Source: Candidatus Omnitrophota bacterium (GTDB lineage: Bacteria; Omnitrophota; Gorgyraeia; Zapsychrales; JBDRMG01). From it: a stretch of 41,663 nucleotides of DNA. The notes beneath the pieces were generated by a model. That model had not been told where the DNA came from, searched no databases, and was given only the letters and a program-made list of their open reading frames with translations. Positions 18,875 to 29,327 of this stretch are shown here, one piece after another; position 1 is the stretch's first letter, and each line of letters starts with the position of its first letter. The position numbers were made by a program, and so were the translations under genes. Location: assembly GCA_043812495.1 (NCBI GenBank), contig JBDRMG010000017.1, positions 1 to 41,663 of the forward strand. Reading direction: 5' to 3'.

Positions 18875-20316
18875 TTTTGCTGAGGCCTCAATAGGGGAAA
18901 CAAGATGACGTCCCGAATGGATGGGGCATCCGTCAATAACATCACAAGACGATCCACGCCGATACCTAAGCCTCCTGCCGGAGGCATGCCGTATTCCAAC
19001 GCATGAATAAAATCTTCATCCACAAAGCGCTGACCGGTTTCCGTGTCATCTGTTAAATCCTCGGTCAGTCTTTTGTGTTGTTCTTCGGGATCGTTGAGCT
19101 CCGAATAAGCGTTGCCAACTTCCAAACCCGCGATAAAAAGTTCAAAGCGTTCTGAAAGAAGCGGATTCTGCGGCTTTGTCTTGGCTAGCGGACACAAGAA
19201 CGTGAAATAGTCGGTAAAAAAAACAGGATAGGCCGCGGCTTCTTCTTCCAGGAGATCTTCCACGATTTTCATGACGCTTGAGCGGGTTAGGTGATCAACA
19301 GCCGCCACTTTTCTCTTGCTCTTTATTTTCTTTAACATGACCGCGGCATCATCGCCGGGATGAATATCAAATTTCTCTTCAACGGTCTGCGCAAAAGACC
19401 GTCGTTTCCATGGCCGCGTGAAATCGATTGTCCGGCCCTGATAGGAAACTTTAAGAGAACCCGTTAGGTTTTGCACAAGATCCGTGATCATCGCTTCCGT
19501 TAATTCCATCATGTCTTCATAATCCGCATAGGCTTCATACACCTCCAGCATGGTGAATTCAGGATTATGGCGTGTCGAAATGCCCTCGTTGCGGAAATTG
19601 CGATTCATCTCGTAGATCTTTTCAAATCCACCCACTAAAAGACGCTTCAAATAGAGCTCAGGGGCGATCCGTAAGAAGATCTCCATGTCATAGGCGTTGT
19701 GCATGCTTTTAAAAGGACGCCCGCGCGCTCCACCGGCCAAAGGCTGCAGCATCGGCGTCTCAACTTCCAGAAAACCTTTTTGGTCTAAGAAAGAACGCAT
19801 CATGGCAATGATCTTTATTCTTTTTAGAAATAATTCTTTCACTCCGGCATTTGCAATCAAATCAATATACCGCTGGCGATAGCGTGTTTCGACATCTCGC
19901 AAGCCATGCCATTTTTCCGGCAATGTCATCAATGACTTTGATAACATCACAAAATTTACAACCCGAACACTTTCTTGACCCGTACGCGTTTTGAACAGCT
20001 CCCCTTGAATTCCAATAAAATCACCGATATCAAAATCGCTCACCAGGGAAAATTTTTCTTCGCCGAGATATTCGGCCTTTATGTAAAGCTGAATTTTTCC
20101 TGATTGGTCCTCAAGATCGATGAAGAGCACTTTGCCGTGTTTGCGATTGGCGACAATACGACCCGCCAGAGATACCTTTTGGCCTTCAGAAAAACCCGAA
20201 AGTGTCTGGGCGATGGACCCGGTTCGCTTAAATTTTCCGCCATAAGGACAGATTCCCTTCGCCTGAAGATCCTTCAGCTTTTTTTGCCGCATAGACTTAA
20301 TCTCTTGAGGTTCCAT
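18871..20316 (-). CDS. lysS: Lysine--tRNA ligase (class II)
   Basis: OB fold, LPEKWHGL, YRQRY, RIAPELYLKRL, FRNEG..HNPEFT, GMPPAGGLGIGVDR; start at ATG 20316 after an AAGGAG SD. Confidence 0.97.
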   Translation of the reverse strand: MEPQEIKSMRQKKLKDLQAKGICPYGGKFKRTGSIAQTLSGFSEGQKVSLAGRIVANRKHGKVLFIDLEDQSGKIQLYIKAEYLGEEKFSLVSDFDIGDFIGIQGELFKTRTGQESVRVVNFVMLSKSLMTLPEKWHGLRDVETRYRQRYIDLIANAGVKELFLKRIKIIAMMRSFLDQKGFLEVETPMLQPLAGGARGRPFKSMHNAYDMEIFLRIAPELYLKRLLVGGFEKIYEMNRNFRNEGISTRHNPEFTMLEVYEAYADYEDMMELTEAMITDLVQNLTGSLKVSYQGRTIDFTRPWKRRSFAQTVEEKFDIHPGDDAAVMLKKIKSKRKVAAVDHLTRSSVMKIVEDLLEEEAAAYPVFFTDYFTFLCPLAKTKPQNPLLSERFELFIAGLEVGNAYSELNDPEEQHKRLTEDLTDDTETGQRFVDEDFIHALEYGMPPAGGLGIGVDRLVMLLTDAPSIRDVILFPLLRPQQK

Positions 20317-20349
20317 AAGGACTCCTTTAATATTAATATTAGACAGAAT

Positions 20350-20378
20350 ATTATATAGAAAAAGGAATGGGGTGTCAA
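20350..20378 (-). promoter_or_regulatory. Sigma70-type promoter of the lysS operon
   Basis: Perfect TTGACA-N17-TATAAT on the minus strand. Confidence 0.85.
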
Positions 20379-20504
20379 TCAAAACACAAACGCTTTACTT
20401 GTCGCAACTACTTGTTATCGATAGAGTTATACGATTGGAGTAAGTAATTGAAAGGAGAATTTCTTGGATAAATCCAGAAATTATTGACTGTAAGACGTAT
20501 TCAA

Positions 20505-20840
20505 TTATTTTTTTCTTTCATACCGCGCAATTTTCACCGTGGTCAGTTCTCCATCGGACCAAGGCCAGATCATGCCGCAATGAAAATCATTGTCTTGCTC
20601 GCGAAAATACAAGGTTTGGTCTTCTCGTATTCCGCCAAAGGCAGCCGCATGCTGCTGAGCTTCCCTGCTGGGCCGCTGTCCGGCCGGCTTGAAGGGTACT
20701 CCAAAATATTGCTCTAAAAGCGGATGGACTTGATTGAGATTACTAACGCGAACAACAAACTCGAGATAATTTTCATCGTCTTTGCGTATCTCTTCGACCT
20801 TTAATTCCTTAGCCTTCGAAAGTAATTCTTTGAATAGCAT
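20505..20840 (-). CDS. Hypothetical protein (111 aa)
   Basis: ATG 20840 preceded by an AAAGGAG SD; protein-like composition; no motif recognised. Confidence 0.75.
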   Translation of the reverse strand: MLFKELLSKAKELKVEEIRKDDENYLEFVVRVSNLNQVHPLLEQYFGVPFKPAGQRPSREAQQHAAAFGGIREDQTLYFREQDNDFHCGMIWPWSDGELTTVKIARYERKK

Positions 20841-20849
20841 GACTTCTCC

Positions 20850-20992
20850 TTTCAATAAGGCCATGGTTTATGGAGTCCGCCATTGATTCAGTGGCGGACG
20901 ACATAAACCATAGGGCCGAATTGACCCCGAGCTCGCCATTGATTCAGTGGCGAGCGAGGGGAATTAGGCAAATTAAATTATAATATTTCCTT
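20850..20992 (-). promoter_or_regulatory. Conserved promoter/structured-leader cassette, copy 2
   Basis: Same three blocks as 9414-9596. Both arms carry a 25-bp ..cgccattgattcagtggcg.. palindrome. TTGCCG lies 17 nt upstream of the TATAAT. Confidence 0.7.
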
Positions 20993-20994
20993 CA

Positions 20995-21810
20995 TTAGAC
21001 GGCAACGATACAGATCTTGGCCCGGTTAGCAAGCTTGATACATTGGTCCTCGTCAATGATGAGTGTTTTACCGGCTTCTATGGCCAAGCAAGCTGCTTTG
21101 ATCCTGATCATGTTTTTTATTGTTTTTGGTCCCACAACGGGCACATCAAATCGATGATCCTGTTTTGGCTTACTAACTTTAATGACGACAACACCTGTTT
21201 TGGCTATGCGTCCTCCACGCAGAATGGCTTGATCTGTTCCCTCCATGGCTTCGATAGCCAGAATCGCTTTTTCTTTGACGACAACCGTCTGTCCGACATC
21301 CAACGACCCCATAGCCTTGGCAATCTCCTGACCGAAGGAAATATCTTCAAGCTCTTTTTCCGTCGGACCACGTCGTGTGAGTGTTCCTTGGTCAGCCAAA
21401 TAATCTTTTAAAAGCGCGGTGGAATCCATCAACTCGAGACCTTCCGTTTTGAGACGTTCGGCGATAGCGTGAAATATCGTATCCGCTTTTCGATCCTTCA
21501 TAGCCATAAAAAGTTTTTGAAATTCATCGTCGGGTTTAACCCGCTGGTCAAAAAGATTATTAGGGTTTACCTGTCCGGCCATAATAACTTTACGAATGCC
21601 TTCGTTTTTAAAGAATTTGAAAAGTTTTCTTAATTCGCCCGGTCCGACCCAAAACAGCTTATCAACAAAACATCTCAGCAGCAAGGATGTGTCGCCCTTA
21701 ATCCCCACAGCCTTGACTGGAATATTCTGACGTCGGGCATTATGGGCAAAAAGGATGGGAAACTTTCCGTTTCCGGCGATTAGGCCGAGTGTTTCTCGTT
21801 TGGACATCAT
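20995..21810 (-). CDS. lpxI: UDP-2,3-diacylglucosamine diphosphatase LpxI
   Basis: LGLIAGNGKFP, DVGQTVVV, AIEAMEGTD, KPKQDHRFDVPVVG; follows lpxA. Confidence 0.92.
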   Translation of the reverse strand: MMSKRETLGLIAGNGKFPILFAHNARRQNIPVKAVGIKGDTSLLLRCFVDKLFWVGPGELRKLFKFFKNEGIRKVIMAGQVNPNNLFDQRVKPDDEFQKLFMAMKDRKADTIFHAIAERLKTEGLELMDSTALLKDYLADQGTLTRRGPTEKELEDISFGQEIAKAMGSLDVGQTVVVKEKAILAIEAMEGTDQAILRGGRIAKTGVVVIKVSKPKQDHRFDVPVVGPKTIKNMIRIKAACLAIEAGKTLIIDEDQCIKLANRAKICIVAV

Positions 21811-21811
21811 T

Positions 21812-22612
21812 TCAAGAGATTGTTGAACCGCTAAGACCCCGCTTGGATGCCTTGACAAATTCGATCAAATGCTTGACTTCTTTATTGAGGGTAATTTCTT
21901 TTTCAATCTTTTCTATGGCATGCGCCTTGGTCAGTCCAGAGTAAAATAGTATTTTGAAAGATTTCTTAAGAAGATGAATCGATTCGATCGGAATTTTCGC
22001 GCGTTTGAGGCCGACCAAATTCAGCCCATACACTTTGGCCGGATGCCCGTCGCATTTTGAAAAAGGCGGAATGTCTTGAACGACCTTAGAACATCCGCCG
22101 GTGATTGACAAATAACCGAGACGAACGAACTGATGCACGCCTGTTAATCCTCCGACGATTGCTTTGTCTTCTAAGATCACATGTCCGGCGGCTGTTCCGT
22201 TGTTGGCCAGCACGCAACCATTAGCAATGATGCAATCATGGGCCACATGGGCATAAGCCATAAAGAGATTATTGCAGCCGATAATGGTTTTCCCGCCCTC
22301 TCCCGTGCCGGGGTTCACCGTTACATATTCGCGGAAGATATTGCCATCCCCTATTTCTAGGAAGGCTTTTTCATGCGTTTTATATTTTTTGTCCTGAGGG
22401 ATGCTGCCAATTACGGCACCGGTAAAAATTTGACAATCTCGGCCGATGGTCGTATGGCCTTCAAGGATGCAAAAATTTCCGATTCTTGTATTTTCACCGA
22501 TGGTAACATCTGCCGAAAGAATCGAATAAGGCCCAATGGACACATTCTTACCGATTTTTGCTTTTGGATGAACGATTGCTGTTGAATGGATATTCATGTT
22601 TTGATGAGACAT
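21812..22612 (-). CDS. lpxA: Acyl-ACP--UDP-GlcNAc O-acyltransferase
   Basis: IHSTAIVHP, hexapeptide repeats, PQDKKY, AHVAHDC, HQFVRLG, GLNLVGLKR. Confidence 0.96.
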   Translation of the reverse strand: MSHQNMNIHSTAIVHPKAKIGKNVSIGPYSILSADVTIGENTRIGNFCILEGHTTIGRDCQIFTGAVIGSIPQDKKYKTHEKAFLEIGDGNIFREYVTVNPGTGEGGKTIIGCNNLFMAYAHVAHDCIIANGCVLANNGTAAGHVILEDKAIVGGLTGVHQFVRLGYLSITGGCSKVVQDIPPFSKCDGHPAKVYGLNLVGLKRAKIPIESIHLLKKSFKILFYSGLTKAHAIEKIEKEITLNKEVKHLIEFVKASKRGLSGSTIS

Positions 22613-22617
22613 CTCTG

Positions 22618-23946
22618 TTAATTTAGAAATTTTTCGTCGATAAAAGAAAACATAAGATCCGCCTCTACGACAACTTCGCCCTGAACCCTCCCGACACCTT
22701 TGGCCTGAGCCGTTTTCGAACGATTGCGGGTAATTTCGACGTCCATGACGAGCTGATCACCCGGAACAACCACTTTTCTGAATTTGACTTTATCCGCGGC
22801 CATAAACAAGGCCCATTTACCTTGATGCTGCGCATCTGTGATAAACGCCACACCCGCCACCTGTGCCATCGCTTCAACCATCAGAATCCCCGGCATAATA
22901 GGCCTTGAAGGAAAATGTCCCTGAAAGAAATATTCATTGATCGTGATATTTTTAACACCCGTCGCTCGTTTACCTTGCTCAAGATCAATGATCCGATCGA
23001 CTAAAAGAAACGGGTAACGGTGAGGCAATATTTTCTTAATCCCTTCAATATTAATACTTTTGGATGAATCATAATACAATGGTTTTGCGGGTGTTACAAT
23101 TTTATGTTTTTTTTGTTGCTCTGCTATTTTCTTAAGTAACGCCAAATTTAAATTATGCCCACTTTTGACGGCAATAAAATGAGCTTGAACGGGCATGCCC
23201 AAAAGATAAATATCTCCGATAAAATCAAGTATCTTATGACGGGCAAATTCGTCCTTGAAGCGGATGGTATTATTCTTGACTTGTCCGTCCTTGATGACTA
23301 GTGTATTTTCGTAGTTGGCTCCTTTGCCCAAACCTCTTTTGCTTAGCTCCTCGGCTTCGTCTTCCAGACAAAACGTCCGGCAGGGAGCAATCTCTTTTTC
23401 AAATAATTCAGGGCTAAGAGAAACACTGAAATACTGCGCGCAAACACCGGAATGGGAATAATCAAGAAGATAGGAAACGCGGAAATCGTCACTGGGTAAA
23501 GCCATCAAAGACGCGTCATTCTGCTGGATCCAGACAGGCTCCTGGATGATGAACTTGCGGCGCTCGGCTATTTGTTCTTTGATTCCGGCTTTCTTGAGCG
23601 CGGAGAGGAAATCAATACCGCTTCCGTCAAGACCGGGCATCTCATTTCCATCAATCTCAACCGTGAGATTATCAATGCCCAGCCCGCATGAAACGCTCAT
23701 GAGGTGCTCAATCGTATGCACCACGGCTTGACCCTGACCAATGGACGTGCAGCGGGGGATAGCGCTCTGTAGGACATTAGAAAATTTGGCTTGAATTTTA
23801 GGAGCACCGGGCAAGTCGACGCGGATGAAACATATACCTGCATCGACGCTAGCGGGCTTAAAACAAACATTCACATTAGTTCCCGTATGCAAGCCAACGC
23901 CTTTAAGGGAAATTTCTTTTTCAATTGTTTTTTGCTTTTCACTCAT
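22618..23946 (-). CDS. lpxC: Bifunctional LpxC/FabZ fusion
   Basis: N-terminal GVGLHTG, TIEHL, DGSG, RHKILDFIGD (LpxC); C-terminal LPHRYPFLLVD, GHFP..PIMPG..VEAMAQ (FabZ). Confidence 0.95.
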   Translation of the reverse strand: MSEKQKTIEKEISLKGVGLHTGTNVNVCFKPASVDAGICFIRVDLPGAPKIQAKFSNVLQSAIPRCTSIGQGQAVVHTIEHLMSVSCGLGIDNLTVEIDGNEMPGLDGSGIDFLSALKKAGIKEQIAERRKFIIQEPVWIQQNDASLMALPSDDFRVSYLLDYSHSGVCAQYFSVSLSPELFEKEIAPCRTFCLEDEAEELSKRGLGKGANYENTLVIKDGQVKNNTIRFKDEFARHKILDFIGDIYLLGMPVQAHFIAVKSGHNLNLALLKKIAEQQKKHKIVTPAKPLYYDSSKSINIEGIKKILPHRYPFLLVDRIIDLEQGKRATGVKNITINEYFFQGHFPSRPIMPGILMVEAMAQVAGVAFITDAQHQGKWALFMAADKVKFRKVVVPGDQLVMDVEITRNRSKTAQAKGVGRVQGEVVVEADLMFSFIDEKFLN

Positions 23947-23973
23947 TGTTTCATGTCACTTGGATTAGGGTGA

Positions 23974-25023
23974 TCAAGAATCTTTTTTGATCTTACTGAT
24001 TTGAGATTCTAAGGCCTCAACCTTTTTCTTCAAGACCATAATCGTATCGACATACTCGGGCAATCTTTTGACGCAGGCATTTATTCTTAGAGCTAAGGCA
24101 TGCGGTTTGGCTGGGGATCCGAAAACCTTAGTATGAGGCGGAACGGATTTTGAGACTCCGGATTGGGCCGCGATGATCGCGCCTTCACCGATCGTGAGAT
24201 GCCCCACAACGCCCACCTGACCGGCTAAGATAGCGTTCTTTTCCACGGTTGTACTTCCTGAAATACCGACTTGAGCAACAATAATGCAATTTTCTCCGAT
24301 GTGAACATTATGGGCGATTTGAACCAAATTATCTATCTTTGTGCCTCGTCCGATCAACGTTTTGTCAAAACGGGCTCGATCGATAGTCACATTGGCTCCG
24401 ATTTCAACATCATCTTCGATGACAACCGTCCCTATCTGAGGAATTTTTTCATGAACGCCGGCAATATTGACAAAGCCAAATCCATCGGATCCGATCACGG
24501 TTCCGCTATGGATAATAACGCGCTTGCCGATCGTGATGCGTTCACGGATTGTTGTATTGGGATAAATCAGGCATTTTTCCCCTATGGTCGTCTCGGGACC
24601 GATAAAACATCCAGCCTGAATGATCGTATCATCGCCGATGCAAGCTTTGTTTTCAATGACAACGCAAGGTCCGATAACGACATTTTGACCGATTTGGACA
24701 TCATCCGCAAGTACAGCACTTGGATGTATTCCTTTTGCCTTCGGTGTTTCACAATCAACGAAATAGGAAGCTATTTTGGCAAAAGCCAGGGAAGGATTAT
24801 CGGTATAAATGAGTGTTTTTTGCGGGGTTTGAATATTTCGCTCAGTCAAAATAACTGAGGCTTTTGTCTTCTCCAAGAGGGGCGCATATTTAGAATTGGC
24901 CAGAAACGTTAAATCGCCTTCTTTGGCTTCCTTAATACCGCACAAACCCGTAATAACGATATCATGATTTCCAACAATTTGTCCGTTGACAATGTCCGCG
25001 ATCTCCGTGATTGACTTGCGCAT
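23974..25023 (-). CDS. lpxD: UDP-3-O-acylglucosamine N-acyltransferase
   Basis: [39 protein letters not shown]. Confidence 0.96.
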   Translation of the reverse strand: MRKSITEIADIVNGQIVGNHDIVITGLCGIKEAKEGDLTFLANSKYAPLLEKTKASVILTERNIQTPQKTLIYTDNPSLAFAKIASYFVDCETPKAKGIHPSAVLADDVQIGQNVVIGPCVVIENKACIGDDTIIQAGCFIGPETTIGEKCLIYPNTTIRERITIGKRVIIHSGTVIGSDGFGFVNIAGVHEKIPQIGTVVIEDDVEIGANVTIDRARFDKTLIGRGTKIDNLVQIAHNVHIGENCIIVAQVGISGSTTVEKNAILAGQVGVVGHLTIGEGAIIAAQSGVSKSVPPHTKVFGSPAKPHALALRINACVKRLPEYVDTIMVLKKKVEALESQISKIKKDS

Positions 25024-25060
25024 CGAATTGACTCAACCTCAAGAAAAGAATCCTTGATGA

Positions 25061-25567
25061 TTATTTGTTCAGATCTTTAAGAACCTGTTCAGTGATGTCT
25101 AAGGTTTCTTTTCCGTAAATCAGAACTTTATCGTTAATGATAATGGAGTAATTTCCTTTTTCTGCAAATTCCCGGACCACCTTCTCGATTTCCAATAGAA
25201 TTTCCCTTATACGCTCATCGCGCTGCTTCTTGAGATCTGTCTGCTGTTCACGGTCAAAATCAAGAAGACTGGCTTCGTCCTTCTTGATTTGTTCTTCCAA
25301 TTTATCTTTCTCTTCTTTCTTAAGAACGCTCAATTTCCCTCGCGCATCTTGGATTTTCTCAAGACGTTTTGTGCGTTCTTGTTCATAAGTGTTGTATTTT
25401 TCTTCCAGCATTTTGTCATAGGAATCTGTTTTGCTATATCCATCGAATAACTGACCGATGTCCACATAGGCAATTTTGCCCTCATCTTTTCCCTGCGCTT
25501 GAGCACCGAAAGCATAAAAAACAAAAATCACCGCCATCATTACAGCACAAATCTTTAAACTTCTCAC
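25061..25567 (-). CDS. skp: OmpH/Skp periplasmic chaperone
   Basis: Signal peptide, KIAYVD, coiled coil, DITEQVLKDLN; located between bamA and lpxD. Confidence 0.9.
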   Translation of the reverse strand: MRSLKICAVMMAVIFVFYAFGAQAQGKDEGKIAYVDIGQLFDGYSKTDSYDKMLEEKYNTYEQERTKRLEKIQDARGKLSVLKKEEKDKLEEQIKKDEASLLDFDREQQTDLKKQRDERIREILLEIEKVVREFAEKGNYSIIINDKVLIYGKETLDITEQVLKDLNK

Positions 25568-25585
25568 GACACCCTCCTTGGTTGG

Positions 25586-27913
25586 TTAAAATCCCCGACT
25601 GATATTAAAGTAAAACTTGCCTGTCCGGTCTTCTTCGCCCGGTTCATCGCTTAAGGGGTAACCGTAATCCAGGCTCACCGGTCCAATAGGCGTTTTGATT
25701 CTCAGGCCCAAGCCTGTTCCGGATTTAAAACTCCCGGACCCAAAATCCTCCAGTTTCGCCCATACATTTCCAGTATCCAGAAAGACGGCCAGTTTAATAA
25801 AATCAACCAAAGGAATGGTATACTCAATGTTCCCAACGAGCATGCCCTCGCCTCCGACGGGATCTTCTGTTATTAAATCTAGGGGGCCGACTTTTCGTTC
25901 ATTATACCCGCGAATGGTACTTGAACCACCGGCAAAGAATCTTTCGAATATGGGAACAACTTCGGTATCATCATAGGCATTAGCCAAGCCTGTTTGAAGA
26001 CGAAATTCAATAACCGAGTTAAATTTTAAAGGCACATAGTAACTGGCGCGATTCTGAATACGATAAAAATCTTTATCGCCGCCCAAAAATCCTCCGGCCA
26101 CATCAACAATACCCGTTAAAACCAATCCTTTCTTCGTGCTGAACGCATTATCGCGCGAATCATAACTAGAACGCAAGGTTGCCATGCTCAGAGTATTAGT
26201 GCCTGCTTCGCGGGCCAAATCAGCGCTGACATCCGTGTCAAGGTTATCAATCCTAACTTGTTCCCGACGATATGAAATACCACCATAGATATATTCAGAG
26301 AATTCCTTGCCGAAACGAATATTGCCGCCGGTGCGCTGCTCATCATAACCATAGCCGACATCGCGCTCTTTGAGGCGTTCCGTGCGATAAGCGTCAAAAC
26401 CGCCAGAAATCGGATAATCGAAAATCCACGGTTCGGTGAAGCTTAACCTGGCATTATTGCGTAAAGACCCGGCTTCGAAGCGTAAAGAGAGATCCTGTCC
26501 ACCGCCTGTAAATGTCGGCCAATTGGCGAAATCAAAATTTTTCTGCTCAACCTCCACAAATCCAACGATTTGATCCACCGTGCTGAAACCTCCGCCAAAA
26601 CTGAAACTGCCTGTTTTGGCCTCCTTCACCTGAACCACAAGATCCTTTTTGTTGGAAACATCCGTATCTTCAACATCATACCCGATATCTTCGAAATAAC
26701 CGAGATTGCGCAAGCGTTCTTTGCTGCGCTTGAGCTTGATACCGTCAAACTGCTCACCCGGTGTCATTCTTAGCTCCCGGCGAATGACAATATCTCTGGT
26801 GCGCGTATTACCCTGAATTGTGATTTTGTTGATATAAGCCAAATCGCCCTCGTACACATTGAGGGTGATAGCAACCTCCCCTGTTTCTGAATCTAATGAT
26901 GTCGATTCTCTGACATTAGCAAAAATATAACCCCGGTCAAAATAAAGAGATTGTATAGCATCTATATCAACGGCGAGTCTTTCCCGGCTGAAAACCTTGC
27001 CGACCTTGATCTCTGCCATCGTTGCTAAGATTTCGCTTTCGGTCAAAACGGAATTTTCCTCAATAAAAATCTTCCCGACGTAATAGCGCTTACCTTCGTC
27101 AATCTGAATTGTTACGACCAGCTGGCCCTCTCGATCTTCGGCAATGGAATATTGGCTTTTGGCATCAATAAATCCTTCCCTCTCATAAAAAGAGTTGATG
27201 CGCTCAATATCTTCATCTAAGACATCTTCCTTAAGATATCCAGGTGTAAAAGTCCAAATCGATTTCGCTCGTGCTTTGATAATCTTCAAAATTCTTTTAT
27301 TAGGAAAATGGGAATTACCTTCTATATGTATTCTTCGGATACGTACCCGCGTCCCTTCCCGAATCACAAAATGCAAATTGGCCTTGTTGGTTGCTTCATC
27401 GATATCGGTCTGAACATCTACGGAAATATTCGTTAAACCTTTTTTCGTATACAGTTCTCTGATCACATCGACATCGTCTTTCAGTACCTTTTGATCAAGA
27501 AATTTCCCTTCCTGGGTCTGGATTTTCAATAACAGCTTGCGGGGGCTAAAATAATTCAATCGCGTGAAGGTAATCTTCTCGACAATGGGTTTCTCCTTCA
27601 GATAAAAAATAACCTTGAACCCTCCGTCATAATCTTCGCGATCAACGCTCACATCGGCAAAATAACCCATGTTATACAGCCTCTTAAGATCATCGCTTAT
27701 GATACTTTGTAGATATTCATCTCCGACGCGAGTTCTGACTTTGGCCAGAATGGTGGATATCCCGATGGTTTTATTTCCCTTGATTTCAATCGCTTTGACA
27801 ACTTTGTTTTGTTTTAAGGAAATAACTTCTTCAGGATTCTCTTGAGCGCACGCGAAAGGAACCAACAAAAACAGGCTTAAGGCAAGAATGTTAAAAACAA
27901 AGAATTTTTTCAT
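25586..27913 (-). CDS. bamA: Outer membrane protein assembly factor BamA
   Basis: Signal peptide MKKFFVF..ACA, POTRA repeats, GNTRTRD.VIRRE, IRGY, TPIGPVSLDYG, terminal Phe; start reassigned to ATG 27913 (or 27916). Confidence 0.96.
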   Translation of the reverse strand: MKKFFVFNILALSLFLLVPFACAQENPEEVISLKQNKVVKAIEIKGNKTIGISTILAKVRTRVGDEYLQSIISDDLKRLYNMGYFADVSVDREDYDGGFKVIFYLKEKPIVEKITFTRLNYFSPRKLLLKIQTQEGKFLDQKVLKDDVDVIRELYTKKGLTNISVDVQTDIDEATNKANLHFVIREGTRVRIRRIHIEGNSHFPNKRILKIIKARAKSIWTFTPGYLKEDVLDEDIERINSFYEREGFIDAKSQYSIAEDREGQLVVTIQIDEGKRYYVGKIFIEENSVLTESEILATMAEIKVGKVFSRERLAVDIDAIQSLYFDRGYIFANVRESTSLDSETGEVAITLNVYEGDLAYINKITIQGNTRTRDIVIRRELRMTPGEQFDGIKLKRSKERLRNLGYFEDIGYDVEDTDVSNKKDLVVQVKEAKTGSFSFGGGFSTVDQIVGFVEVEQKNFDFANWPTFTGGGQDLSLRFEAGSLRNNARLSFTEPWIFDYPISGGFDAYRTERLKERDVGYGYDEQRTGGNIRFGKEFSEYIYGGISYRREQVRIDNLDTDVSADLAREAGTNTLSMATLRSSYDSRDNAFSTKKGLVLTGIVDVAGGFLGGDKDFYRIQNRASYYVPLKFNSVIEFRLQTGLANAYDDTEVVPIFERFFAGGSSTIRGYNERKVGPLDLITEDPVGGEGMLVGNIEYTIPLVDFIKLAVFLDTGNVWAKLEDFGSGSFKSGTGLGLRIKTPIGPVSLDYGYPLSDEPGEEDRTGKFYFNISRGF

Positions 27914-27919
27914 CATATG

Positions 27920-27948
27920 ATTATAGGGTTGAGGAGTATGCCTGTCAA
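27920..27948 (-). promoter_or_regulatory. Sigma70-type promoter of the bamA-skp-lpx operon
   Basis: Perfect TTGACA-N17-TATAAT; the -35 overlaps the dnaB stop codon. Confidence 0.85.
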
Positions 27949-29327
27949 TCAACATGAGCGAGATTTTCAAAGCGCATATACTCCTTAATGAAAGAAAGTT
28001 TGACGGTCCCCACGGGCCCGTTTCTCTGCTTGGCGATAATGACATCCGCAAGCCCTCGATTTTCCTCTGTGGGCATATAATATTCTTCGCGCATCAAAAG
28101 AACGACAAGATCGGCATCTTGTTCAATAGCGCCCGATTCGCGCAAATCCGATAACTGAGGCCTATGATCTTGACGACTTTCAACAGCCCGGGACAACTGG
28201 CTAATACCAATCAAAGGAACATCTAATTCCCTTGCCAAGGCCTTCAATGAACGTGAAATTTCCGAAATTTCCTGCTGGCGACTCTCGGAGCGGGCCGATC
28301 CTCGCATCAACTGCAAATAGTCAAGAACAATCAATTGAATATCATAATTGGATTTCAGGCGTCGGGCTTTCGCGCGCAATTCGAGAGCTGAAATGGCCGG
28401 CGTATCATCAATAAAAATAGGAGCCGTGGACAGTTTTCCGGCCGCCGCTGTCAAGTGCGGCCAATCCGATGGAGATAAAAATCCGGAACGCACGCGATGG
28501 GCGTCGACCTTGGCATGCGCGCAAAGCATCCGCTGGACAAGCTGTTCCTTGGACATCTCTAAGCTAAAGTAACCCACGCTGATTTTCTTCTCTATAGCTG
28601 CATGCTCGGCGATCGATAAAGCCATGGCGCTTTTGCCCATGGATGGACGGCCTGCGATAATCACAAGATCGGACCTCTGCAAGCCAGAAGTCATTTTATC
28701 AAATTCAAAGAATCCCGTCGGAATGCCGGTGACATGTTCTTTTCTCTGATAAAGCTTATCAATCGTCTCAATCGTTTCTTTGATCACCTCTTTGATATGA
28801 ATGGTCTTTTGTCTCTGGCGAGAGACCGCAATTTCAAAGATTAATTTCTCGGCCCGGTCGACCAATTCGTCAATATTGGTTCCAGGCTCATAGCTATCGG
28901 AAATAATCTGTGTCGCGTTCTTGATGAGCTGACGTTGAATAAATTTTTCCTTAACAATGCGGGCGTAATACTCCACATTGGCTGAGGTGGGAACAGAGTC
29001 TATAATTTGAGTGAGATAGGTCACCCCGCCGACTTTTTCTAAGAGTCCGTCATCTTTGAGTTTATCCGAAAGGGTGATCAAATCAACGTTCTTCTGGTCA
29101 GTAAAAAGATCAATCATCGTCAAGTAAATGATGCGATGGGCATTTTCATAGAAAGCCAACTCATTGAGGATTTCAACAGCAATGCCGATCGCTTCGGCAT
29201 CGATAAGCATGGAGCCCAAGACAGATCTTTCGGCCTCGATATTCTGAGGTTGGATCTTGACATCATGCCCGGAGTGCAATGTTTCTTTGCTGGAATGAGA
29301 GAAAATTCTTGTGTTTTGGTCAGCCAT
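27945..29327 (-). CDS. dnaB: Replicative DNA helicase
   Basis: PQNIEAERSVLG, GRPSMGKS, FSLEMS, DYLQLM, SQLSR, SDLRESGAIEQDAD, KQRNGP; TAATG coupling to rplI. Confidence 0.97.
   Translation of the reverse strand: MADQNTRIFSHSSKETLHSGHDVKIQPQNIEAERSVLGSMLIDAEAIGIAVEILNELAFYENAHRIIYLTMIDLFTDQKNVDLITLSDKLKDDGLLEKVGGVTYLTQIIDSVPTSANVEYYARIVKEKFIQRQLIKNATQIISDSYEPGTNIDELVDRAEKLIFEIAVSRQRQKTIHIKEVIKETIETIDKLYQRKEHVTGIPTGFFEFDKMTSGLQRSDLVIIAGRPSMGKSAMALSIAEHAAIEKKISVGYFSLEMSKEQLVQRMLCAHAKVDAHRVRSGFLSPSDWPHLTAAAGKLSTAPIFIDDTPAISALELRAKARRLKSNYDIQLIVLDYLQLMRGSARSESRQQEISEISRSLKALARELDVPLIGISQLSRAVESRQDHRPQLSDLRESGAIEQDADLVVLLMREEYYMPTEENRGLADVIIAKQRNGPVGTVKLSFIKEYMRFENLAHVD

Noticed and set aside
20875..20955. 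Two near-identical 25-bp palindromes about 31 nt apart as a mini CRISPR array
   Set aside because: Only two units, the intervening sequence is a scaffold shared with 9414-9596, and there are no cas genes.
22618..23946. LpxC-FabZ fusion as a novelty
   Set aside because: A well-known bifunctional fusion in several diderm phyla.
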